A DNA stretch of 64,000 bases from Yuukianura sp. NJ FZ-2021 (Eukaryota). The notes beneath the pieces were generated by a model. It was not told the origin of the DNA. It searched no databases and saw only the letters and a list, made by a program, of their open reading frames with translations. Within the stretch, counting starts at the first letter, position 1. Every line of letters begins with the position of its first letter. Where the stretch lies: positions 6,386,001 to 6,450,000 of the forward strand of contig CM102290.1 of the NCBI GenBank assembly GCA_046563655.1, in the 5' to 3' direction. This document shows positions 42,477-51,591 of the stretch, piece after piece. Both the position numbers and the translations under genes were made by a program.

Positions 42477-44438
42477 TAGGTAACAAGATGAGGGACGACA
42501 CAGCAAGTGAAAGTGGGTTCCTGTAGCCCTTTTTATGAGGATTTCAAAAATATAATTTACTTTCTGTTCATTCTCACATTTGCATGTTCATTCTCACAAA
42601 TTTAAGTCGTTTTGCGTCAAAATGGTGCTCGGCATTCCCCTGGGTGCCGTATTCCAACCCCAGATAAAATTCGAGGCGGAGCGATTTATCCCGACTTTTA
42701 AGTCCGCCCTATCCAGATTTAATGGCGATCTATCCACACCAATGAAACTTGGGGTCCTGCAGTACGTTTCATAAGGATTTCAGAAAACTAACTCATTTTC
42801 ACCCGGCATCGTTCCGCGCGGAGGTTTTTCGAATGTATTGTTTTGAAACAAATTTTCATAAATAAAAGTAACGAGATGAGGGACGACACAGCAAGTGAAA
42901 GTGGGTTCCTGTAGCACTTTTTATGAGGATTTCAAAAATGTTGTTGCCTTTTACCCAGCATCGTTCCGGAATGCATTTCTTTTGAATTCTCTGCTTTGAA
43001 ACATGAATTTTCATAAATATAGGTAACAAGATGAGGGACGACACAGCAAGTGAAAGTGGGTTCCTGTAGCCCTTTTTATGAGGATTTCAAAAATATAATT
43101 TACTTTCTGTTCATTCTCACATTTGCATGTTCATTCTCACAAATTTAAGTCGTTTTGCGTCAAAATGGTGCTCGGCATTCCCCAGGGTGCCGTATTCCAA
43201 CCCCAGATAAAATTCGAGGCGGAGCGATTTATCCCGACTTTTAAGTCCGCCCTATCCAGATTTAATGGCGATCTATCCACACCAATGAAACTTGGGGTCC
43301 TGCAGTACGTTTCATAAGGATTTCAGAAAACTAACTCATTTTCACCCGGCATCGTTCCGCGCGGAGGTTTTTCGAATGTTTTGTTTTGAAACAAATTTTC
43401 ATAAATAAAAGTAACGAGATGAGGGACGACACAGCAAGTGAAAGTGGGTTCCTGTAGCACTTTTTATGAGGATTTCAAAAATGTTGTTGCCTTTTACCCA
43501 GCATCGTTCCGGAATGCATTTCTTTTGAATTCTCTGCTTTGAAACTTGAATTTTCATAAATATAGGTAACAAGATGAGGGACGACACAGCAAGTGAAAGT
43601 GGGTTCCTGTAGCCCTTTTTATGAGGATTTCAAAAATATAATTTACTTTCTGTTCATTCTCACATTTGCATGTTCATTCTCACAAATTTAAGTCGTTTTG
43701 CGTCAAAATGGTGCTCGGCATTCCCCAGGGTGCCGTATTCCAACCCCAGATAAAATTCGAGGCGGAGCGATTTATCCCGACTTTTAAGTCCGCCCTATCC
43801 AGATTTAATGGCGATCTATCCACACCAATGAAACTTGGGGTCCTGCAGTACGTTTCATAAGGATTTCAGAAAACTAACTCATTTTCACCCGGCATCGTTC
43901 CGCGCGGAGGTTTTTCGAATGTTTTGTTTTGAAACAAATTTTCATAAATAAAAGTAACGAGATGAGGGACGACACAGCAAGTGAAAGTGGGTTCCTGTAG
44001 CACTTTTTATGAGGATTTCAAAAATGTTGTTGCCTTTTACCCAGCATCGTTCCGGAATGCATTTCTTTTGAATTCTCTGCTTTGAAACTTGAATTTTCAT
44101 AAATATAGGTAACAAGATGAGGGACGACACAGCAAGTGAAAGTGGGTTCCTGTAGCCCTTTTTATGAGGATTTCAAAAATATAATTTACTTTCTGTTCAT
44201 TCTCACATTTGCATGTTCATTCTCACAAATTTAAGTCGTTTTGCGTCAAAATGGTGCTCGGCATTCCCCTGGGTGCCGTATTCCAACCCCAGATAAAATT
44301 CGAGGCGGAGCGATTTATCCCGACTTTTAAGTCCGCCCTATCCAGATTTAATGGCGATCTATCCACACCAATGAAACTTGGGGTCCTGCAGTACGTTTCA
44401 TAAGGATTTCAGAAAACTAACTCATTTTCACCCGGCAT

Positions 44439-45327
44439 TGCTACGCGTGGGAGTTTTTCGAATGATTTGTTTTGAAATAAATTTTCATAAAATAAAGTCA
44501 CGAGATGAGGGACGACACAGCAAGTGAAAGTGGGTTCCTGTAGCCCTTTTTATGAGGATTTCAAAAATATAGTTGACTTTTACCCAGCATCGTTCCGGAA
44601 TGCATTTCTTTTGAATTCTTTGTTTTGAAACATGAATTTTCATAAATAAAGATAACAAGATGACTGACGACACAGCAAGTGAAAGTGGGTTCCTGTAGCA
44701 CTTTCTATGAGGATTTCAAAAATGTAATTTACTTTCTGTTCATTCTCACATTTGCATGTTCATTCTCACAAATTCAAGTCGTTTTGCGTCAGAATGGTGC
44801 TCGACATTGCCCTGGGTGCCGTATACCAACCCAAGATAAAATCCGAGACAGAGCGGTTCATCCAGACTTTTAAGTACACGCTAACCGGATTTAATTGCGA
44901 TATATCCACGATAATTAAACTGGGGTTCCTGTAGCACTTTTTATGAGGATTTCAAAAATGTATTTTACTTTCTGTTCATTCTCACATTTGCATGTTCATT
45001 CTCACAAATTTAAGTCGTTTTGCGTCAAAATGGTGCTCGACATTGCCCTGGGTGCCGTATACCAACCCAAGATAAAATCCGAGACAGAGCGGTTCATCCA
45101 GACTTTTAAGTACACGCTAACCGGATTTAATTGCGATATATCCACGATAATTAAACTAGGGTTCCTGTAGTACTTTTCAGGAGGATTTCAGAAAAGTAAC
45201 TCATTTTCACCCGGCATTGCTACGCGTGGGAGTTTTTCGAATGATTTGTTTTGAAATAAATTTTCATAAAATAAAGTCACGAGATGAGGGACGACACAGC
45301 AAGTGAAAGTGGGTTCCTGTAGCCCTT
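44439..45327. repeat. Satellite subfamily II, left flank of the LTR element, including two adjacent 236-bp monomers
   Basis: Boxes at 44687, 44923 and 45159 (236-bp spacing); subfamily II motifs. Confidence 0.93.
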
Positions 45328-45891
45328 TATGAGGGATGACAGACGATGATATACCGATCCTCGCCTGCCCTCAAATAAATGAACAAACCAACAACCGATG
45401 ACAACGATTTGTGTGCTACGATTTATTTATAAATCGTAGCCGTAACCTCTAACTGTACATGACCCCGAACTACAATAGAACAATGGGCCTTAAGGGCCTA
45501 AACCGAAAGTACAGGGGAAAAGGAGCGGGACAAGCCACTACCTGGCTATGACCACTACCTGGTCATGGCCACTCCTGGCCAAGGGCCACTAACTGGCCCG
45601 AAGGATGCGTAGAGTGTCCATTGTGACCTTACGTGACCCAACTGGCTGTGACAGAGGCGGAGGTGACAAGGCGGCGTGGCAGGAGAGGAGTTGCTGCTGC
45701 TGCATCCAGAGTCAGATTCGGAGTGAGTGGCTGATGTAACTTCTGCTGCTGCTCCTCCAATTTGAATTGTGGGAAGCGGGAAGCGGGGAAACACTTATGG
45801 GCAATGCCCTAACTTAATATTTTTAACTATATTAACTTTTTAACTATTTTATACTTTTAATTAACTAACAATTGAGGATCATATCCTCACA
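45328..45891 (-). repeat. 3' LTR (564 bp)
   Basis: Matches 51028-51591 except for 4 positions by eye. On the minus strand it begins TGTGAGG and ends CCTCATA. Confidence 0.96.
45415..45440 (-). terminator. Putative poly(A) signal (AATAAA) within a hairpin in the 3' LTR
   Basis: Minus strand reads GCTACGATTTATAAATAAATCGTAGC, followed by CACACA and a GT-rich tract (GTTGTCATCGGTTGTTGGTTTGTT). Confidence 0.6.
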
Positions 45892-45894
45892 TCA

Positions 45895-45904
45895 CCCCCT
45901 CCCC
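45895..45904 (-). promoter_or_regulatory. Polypurine tract (plus-strand primer)
   Basis: GGGGAGGGGG on the minus strand, 3 nt before the 3' LTR. Confidence 0.85.
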
Positions 45905-46283
45905 GCATTGTAGCTTTGCTACAAAGAGAGGAAGACAAGGGAAGACACCAAGTTTGAAATGAAAACAAATAAACAATGAAAATGAAACTTTGACAAAAAT
46001 TTTGAAAACTAATTACTAGGAAATGGTGACAAGTGTCAAAAAAATGAATTGAACTTAAAACCACTGTGCTGAAGGCACTTAATATGGGACTCTAGTCCCA
46101 GCTAATCTACCACTAGACAAACTGAGCACAAAAATCGTTGCTGTCGTTTGGATGCTGCGTAACTTGGTTACTCTGCTTGGGTTAACGCTGAAAAAGGCTC
46201 CTGCGGGCGGAGCTGTAAAGTTAGCGTTTGAACAAAGACAATTTTGGAAAGGCGAAGTCTTTCTAAAACCAACAAAAGAAAAA

Positions 46284-49200
46284 TTAGTTGCCTGTCACAC
46301 GACTGCGCAAGTTGTAACTACTTTGGACTGGAACCGGCTTAGTTTTTACTGCTTTCGCGTACGTCAAAGGTTCAGGAATAGGTTCGGAAGGGCGGGAAAA
46401 ATACCTTTTCAAATTGACAATGTTATGGCGACCTGCGTTTTCCTCGGAACCATACAACTTTAGGCCATACACTAGGGGCGTAACCTTTTCTGAAATGACA
46501 TAAGGGCCTTCCCACTTAAACGAAAACTTTTTCATAATGCCTTTAGCTTTGTCAGACTGTGGATGCGTGCGCAGGAGAACTAAATCGCCAATTTCAAATG
46601 CGTCTGAGCGACGTTTTGCGTTGTAGTACTTGGCTTGCGACGCCTGCGCTTTTTCTAACTGTTCCCTGGCTAAACGATAGACTTTTGAAAGACGCTCGAT
46701 TAATTTTAGCTGGTACTCTGTCCATTCTGCAAATTCATCGCTCTGGGAGTCATCTAAAGCCAAATCAAACGGAGTCGAGAGCTCGCGGCCAAAGTTTAAC
46801 ATGGAGGGACTGAAACCGGTCGAATCGCTGATCGCCGTACGCAAAGCCATTGCGACTTCTGGGAGATTTTCATCCCATTTTGAATGTTTGCGAGCGACGT
46901 AGGCGCGAAGAATGGCTATCACGTTCCGGTTGACACGCTCCGTAATGTTCGCCTGTGGATGATAAGTAGAAATGAACTTTAGTTTGACTTGCCAAGTTTT
47001 GCAAAGTTTCTTAAACAACTCAGAAGTAAATTGAGAACCATTGTCACTAAGTATCGCTCTGGGCCTACCGAAACGACAAAACACTTCCTGTTCGACTTTT
47101 TGGACAATCTGCGGAGCCGTAGCCTCTCTAAGGGGAAAGATTTCAACCCACTTGGTAAAATGGTCTGTAACGACTAACAAAAAGGTATTTTGACGCTGTG
47201 TCTTTGTAAGGGGGCCTATCAGATCAAGTGCCAACATATCCCAAGGACCTCTAGTCTGAACGCTCTGTAACTCACCTACTGGTTTTGTAGTGGGATTTTT
47301 AGTCTTTTGACAAACGTCGCAGGACGTAACGAATTTGTAAATGTCCTCGTGCATACCAAACCAGAAGACTCGTCGCAACAAACGATAAAGGGTTTTTCGA
47401 AAGCCCATGTGACCTGACTCTGGGCGGTCGTGAAAATAACTCAAAACTTGAGAACGTAAAGAAGATGGAATAAAGGGAAGCTTTCCGGAATATTTCCCTA
47501 GTCGGTAAAGAATTCCGTCGTCGACTACGAAATCCTTTCCTGTGTCCGTGAGCAACGCTTGGACTTCTAAATCTTTACTTTGCTCTTCTTTGAGCTGTTC
47601 TAATGAAATTTCGCGCGTCAGTGAAAGAAAAATGGCGGGGGAAGAACGATTAAGTGGAAAATTTAAGTTTTCACGGTGATCTTCAGCATCCTCACTTTCT
47701 CCTACTGGGGCTCTTGAAAGGGCATCAGCTACAACGTTAAGTTTCCCTGGACAATGAGTAATAATGGGCTGGAAATCCTGAATTCTAAGGGCCCAACGGG
47801 TAAACTTACTGTTGACATCTTTCATCTTGTCTAACCAAACGAGAGCTCTGTTGTCTGTCTCGAGGCGAAATCTCTGACCGTCAATGTAATGTTCGAATTT
47901 CTTAAGGGCAAACAAAATACCTACACATTCGATTTCACTAGAACCGTAGTTCTTTTCTGCGTTATTTAAGGAACGACTGGCAAAAGCAATTGGTCTCTCA
48001 AAACCATTAATTTCCTGGGCAAGGACTGCAGAGACACCAACCTTGGACGCGTCCGTCCGGATGATGAACTCTTTGGAAAAATCAGGAAAAGCCAAAACTA
48101 ACTTATCGGAACAAATCGCTGCTCTGAGCTTTAAAAATGCAGACTCCTGAGCGTCTGACCAATCAAAGGGGACATCCTTATGTAACAAACGATTGAGGGG
48201 CTCGCTAACCTCAGAAAACTTGTCGACAAACTGTCGATACCACGAGCAAAGTCCTAAAAACTGACGAACTTGTTTAGGCGTCGTTGGCCTGGGAAACTCA
48301 GAAACTGCCGAAACTTTCTCCGGATCACGCTCAATTCCGTTTGGAGAAATGATATAGCCTAAGTACTTTAATGTAGTTTTGCCAAACTCACATTTGTCCT
48401 TATTTACAGTAAGACCTGCAGATTGTAAACGTTCGAAAACGTACTTTAAGTGCTCTAAGTGTTCCGTCCAGGAATTGGAATATACAATGATATCATCAAT
48501 GTACCCATCAGCAAAGCGACCTCTCGCTGTGCCTAGAACTTTATTTACAAGCCTTTGAAAAAGAGAAGGGGCTGACTTTAAACCAAAGGGCATTCGAGTA
48601 AACTGAAATTTCCCTTCATGACAAATAAAAGCAGTATATTTGGCACCATTTTCATCTAAAGCTACTTGCCAATAGCCTTTCTTAAGATCAATGACGGAAA
48701 GAAACTTAGCCTGTCCTAAGTTATGGAAAAGATAATCTAGTCTAGGAATAGGGAATGGATCATGAGGGAGCCTCGCGTTGACTTTTCTCAAGTCCAGGGT
48801 AAATCTCCAAGACTCACCTTTGTCCCGGGTGTGCATATATACAGGGGAAGCCCATTCAGATTCGGAGGGAACAATGACTCCTAACTTTAACATTTCGGAA
48901 ACGTTGTCAGCAATCAATTGTCTTTTAAAGGGACTAACGGGGTAGGGCTTAGAAACAATGGGGGGTCCAGGAGACGGTGTCAACTCACACTTAACCCAAT
49001 CAGTCAGGCCTAACTGAGAAGAGAAAAGTGAGGGAAAACTATCGGTCAAGGTCTTAAGGTCTCGAGATTGAGCATCGCTGAGTCCCAAAAGTGCGCACAG
49101 GTACTCGCGATTGTAGAAATCGTATTCCAAACGACCTTTAGTTTTTGTCCCGTTAATGGAAAATGTACCGTCATGAAAGTCAGGAACCAAGTGATAGTTC

Positions 49201-49547
49201 CGAATGAAGTCAAGTCCGAGAATTAATGGAAATGGGGGAGACTGGAGTACGTGTACTCTCTGAACATACTCGTCCGTATAGATTTTGAGCTTTAAATTGG
49301 CTGAACCTAAAGTACTGATCGTACTAGAATCTCCAATCGTTAACGTTATTTTACAGTCTGGGGTAAATTGTAGTCCCAATTGCTTAGCTAAAGAAAGAGA
49401 AATGTGGGAGTAGGTAGAAAGAGAGTCTAGGTGGGCTGAACAAACCAAATTTCGAATTTTAACTTTAATTGTGGGAGCTGCTTTCGAGAAATCTAATTGC
49501 GGAAGGATAGGGGGCTCCCGTCCTACCTTCCGTACAAGTTTGGAGGA
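46284..49547 (-). CDS. pol: Pol polyprotein (aspartic protease, reverse transcriptase, RNase H, integrase), probably expressed as Gag-Pol by -1 frameshift
   Basis: Track ORF 46284-49448 (1054 aa); the frame is open upstream to a TGA at 49548-50. PR: AHLDSLST. RT: IDLKKGYWQV, MPFGL, YIDDII. RH: TDAS, NVVADALSR. IN: H..H..CDVC, LDLIGPL, SDNGSQF, TERVNR, GPY. Confidence 0.96.
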   Translation of the reverse strand, partial: SSKLVRKVGREPPILPQLDFSKAAPTIKVKIRNLVCSAHLDSLSTYSHISLSLAKQLGLQFTPDCKITLTIGDSSTISTLGSANLKLKIYTDEYVQRVHVLQSPPFPLILGLDFIRNYHLVPDFHDGTFSINGTKTKGRLEYDFYNREYLCALLGLSDAQSRDLKTLTDSFPSLFSSQLGLTDWVKCELTPSPGPPIVSKPYPVSPFKRQLIADNVSEMLKLGVIVPSESEWASPVYMHTRDKGESWRFTLDLRKVNARLPHDPFPIPRLDYLFHNLGQAKFLSVIDLKKGYWQVALDENGAKYTAFICHEGKFQFTRMPFGLKSAPSLFQRLVNKVLGTARGRFADGYIDDIIVYSNSWTEHLEHLKYVFERLQSAGLTVNKDKCEFGKTTLKYLGYIISPNGIERDPEKVSAVSEFPRPTTPKQVRQFLGLCSWYRQFVDKFSEVSEPLNRLLHKDVPFDWSDAQESAFLKLRAAICSDKLVLAFPDFSKEFIIRTDASKVGVSAVLAQEINGFERPIAFASRSLNNAEKNYGSSEIECVGILFALKKFEHYIDGQRFRLETDNRALVWLDKMKDVNSKFTRWALRIQDFQPIITHCPGKLNVVADALSRAPVGESEDAEDHRENLNFPLNRSSPAIFLSLTREISLEQLKEEQSKDLEVQALLTDTGKDFVVDDGILYRLGKYSGKLPFIPSSLRSQVLSYFHDRPESGHMGFRKTLYRLLRRVFWFGMHEDIYKFVTSCDVCQKTKNPTTKPVGELQSVQTRGPWDMLALDLIGPLTKTQRQNTFLLVVTDHFTKWVEIFPLREATAPQIVQKVEQEVFCRFGRPRAILSDNGSQFTSELFKKLCKTWQVKLKFISTYHPQANITERVNRNVIAILRAYVARKHSKWDENLPEVAMALRTAISDSTGFSPSMLNFGRELSTPFDLALDDSQSDEFAEWTEYQLKLIERLSKVYRLAREQLEKAQASQAKYYNAKRRSDAFEIGDLVLLRTHPQSDKAKGIMKKFSFKWEGPYVISEKVTPLVYGLKLYGSEENAGRHNIVNLKRYFSRPSEPIPEPLTYAKAVKTKPVPVQSSYNLRSRVTGN
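49500..49544 (-). promoter_or_regulatory. Putative -1 ribosomal frameshift signal (U CCA AAC, 5-nt spacer, stem-loop)
   Basis: Heptamer at 49538-49544 lies in the ~25-nt gag/pol overlap. The stem CGGAAGG-UAGG / CCUA-U-CCUUCCG spans 49500-49532. Confidence 0.75.
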
Positions 49548-50581
49548 TCAGGAATGGACTGGGTAACTCTCTCGTCCCTGTCAGAATTCTGCAACTTTGG
49601 AGTCATAGGCACAAAGGAGGGGACTTCAGCTACTGATTGTGGAGTGTTCTGCTGAAGGTTACTCTCTACCGAACGTTTCTGGGCACTACTCTGCCTACTC
49701 TCATTTCCTGGTAGTGGACGACTGTTATTGGAAATGCTGGGCTGAACTGAACCTGAGCTAGCTAGAGGGAGCTGTACATTGGAACTAGAAGGAGCTGAAT
49801 CGTTAGAAGCCCTAGGCTGATATCGTGCAGATACTTTCTCTCTAAGCCTTTGATTGTGTTCAGAAAAATCATCCGAAGCTTTAGCACGAAGGAGCGGCTT
49901 GTTCTCAAATCGTCTAGTTCTATTCAGATCACCTATGATTGCTTTACCATGAGAGATAAGCTCCGCTATCCCTGTCGCTGGGGAAGATCTAAGCAAAAGA
50001 GAGATTTCTGGGATACAGGAATTAAGAATTCGGTCTCTAATCGTCTTTGCGGGTGTCTGAGGATCAATACGTTTGTAGGAATTTGAAATATCCCATGCAA
50101 AAGATTCAAATGGTTCAGAAAAGAATTGTTTTCGAGAAAATAATTCAGAAAGAAGGTTGTCTTTTGACTGGTCAACACCCTCATAGTTTTGAAAAACCAC
50201 TTTAAAATCATCCCAAGTACTGATACTATCCTTTGTATCCAACCACCATCGGAAAATGTCGGCATCTTTGTGGAACATTCGACTAATCAAAACCAATTTT
50301 CCTTCTTCAGATAAATTTTTCAGAGCAAAATAATCTTCAGCGTCTTTAAAGAAAGAGGAAATAGGCATACGCTGTGAATATTTGGGAATTGGAATCACTG
50401 CTGCGTGTTCGACTAATAAAACTTGGGGCGCGGTAGGTGGGGTGATAGCTAGTACGGGCGCGGCGACTACGGGCGCGGCGGTTAATTGTTGTGCTTGCAT
50501 TGCGGCTAATTGTGCTTGTAATGTTTGTAATTGTTGACGTAGGTCAGCAATTACAACGTCTTTGGAATCTACTGGGTCCAT
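49523..50581 (-). CDS. gag: Gag-like capsid protein (352 aa)
   Basis: ATG-initiated ORF between PBS and pol. N-terminal Q/L-rich probable coiled coil, retrotransposon-gag-like core (WWLDTKDSISTWDDFKVVF...RKQFFSEPFESF), S/P/Q-rich tail. No CCHC knuckle. Confidence 0.88.
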   Translation of the reverse strand: MDPVDSKDVVIADLRQQLQTLQAQLAAMQAQQLTAAPVVAAPVLAITPPTAPQVLLVEHAAVIPIPKYSQRMPISSFFKDAEDYFALKNLSEEGKLVLISRMFHKDADIFRWWLDTKDSISTWDDFKVVFQNYEGVDQSKDNLLSELFSRKQFFSEPFESFAWDISNSYKRIDPQTPAKTIRDRILNSCIPEISLLLRSSPATGIAELISHGKAIIGDLNRTRRFENKPLLRAKASDDFSEHNQRLREKVSARYQPRASNDSAPSSSNVQLPLASSGSVQPSISNNSRPLPGNESRQSSAQKRSVESNLQQNTPQSVAEVPSFVPMTPKLQNSDRDERVTQSIPDPPNLYGR

Positions 50582-51014
50582 AATTGGGACTGAATCCGAA
50601 TATTCTTCCTCGAAATTTGATTGGTTTGAGTGAGAATCTGAGTAAGAAACAATGAAAATTAGGAATTATGAATTAATTTTATACAATTTAGTTTAGTTTA
50701 CGCGGCATTGTTTTGAAAAGTTGCGAATTTGAACTTTAAAAAGAATTTGCAATGTGAAAATCCGAAATGTTAATTTGGGGTTCGGTACCGCGCTCGACTT
50801 GAAAAATGTAAAGCAGAGCGGTGCACTCCGCACTGCTGTGCAAAACCGTACCGTATTGCTGTTATGCTTATAGGAGGGGAAAAACCATGCCGTAATCCGA
50901 ACCAATTGCCGAAATGTACCGAATTCGTCGGTATTTTGCCGTTAATCGGTGATTAGTCCTTGATTAATCATCGATTAGCACAATGGGAGAGCTAAAGGGG
51001 CGGTCAAACTCTGC

Positions 51015-51025
51015 TTTCGGCACCA
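51015..51025 (-). promoter_or_regulatory. Primer binding site, tRNA-Phe(GAA)-like
   Basis: TGGTGCCGAAA lies 2 nt after the 5' LTR and is complementary to the 3' end ...TTTCGGCA-CCA of animal tRNA-Phe as I recall it (11-nt match). Confidence 0.8.
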
Positions 51026-51027
51026 GA

Positions 51028-51591
51028 TATGAGGGATGACAGACGAGGATATACCGATCCTCGCCTGCCCTCAAATAAATGAACAAACAGACAACCGATG
51101 ACAACGATTTGTGTGCTACGATTTATTTATAAATCGTAGCCGTAACCTCTAACTGTACATGACCCCGAACCACAATAGAACAATGGGCCTTAAGGGCCTA
51201 AACCGAAAGTACAGGGGAAAAGGAGCGGGACAAGCCACTACCTGGCTATGACCACTACCTGGTCATGGCCACTCCTGGCCAAGGGCCACTAACTGGCCCG
51301 AAGGATGCGTAGAGTGTCCATTGTGACCTTACGTGACCCAACTGGCTGTGACAGAGGCGGAGGTGACAAGGCGGCGTGGCAGGAGAGGAGTTGCTGCTGC
51401 TGCATCCAGAGTCAGATTCGGAGTGAGTGGCTGATGTAACTTCTGCTGCTGCTCCTCCAATTTGAATTGTGGGAAGCGGGAAGCGGGGAAACACTTATGG
51501 GCAATGCCCTAACTTAATATTTTTAACTATATTAACTTTTTAACTATTTTATACTTTTAATTAACTAACAATTGAGGATCATATCCTCACA
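51028..51591 (-). repeat. 5' LTR (564 bp)
   Basis: Direct repeat of 45328-45891, adjacent to the PBS. Confidence 0.96.

Larger units (their letters stand above)
30545..44438. repeat. Satellite array, subfamily I block (388, 543 and 698-bp units), interrupted by two DNA transposon copies
   Basis: Subfamily I motifs return. Unit spacings are 388 (30610-30998-31386), 698 (31386-32084) and 543. Confidence 0.96.
45328..51591 (-). mobile_element. Full-length Ty3/gypsy LTR retrotransposon (6264 bp)
   Basis: Two 564-bp direct repeats, CCTT duplication (45324-27 and 51592-95), PBS, PPT, gag, and pol in PR-RT-RH-IN order. No env ORF. Removing the element restores GTAGCCCTTTTTATGAGG. Confidence 0.98.

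Noticed and set aside
45555..45794. 79-aa ORF present twice (also 51255-51494)
   Set aside because: It lies inside the LTRs, starts at GTG, has low-complexity content, and is duplicated only because the LTRs are.
45892..46283. Possible env or extra ORF downstream of pol
   Set aside because: Only ~390 bp, with short non-ATG ORFs and no convincing envelope features; treated as 3' UTR.
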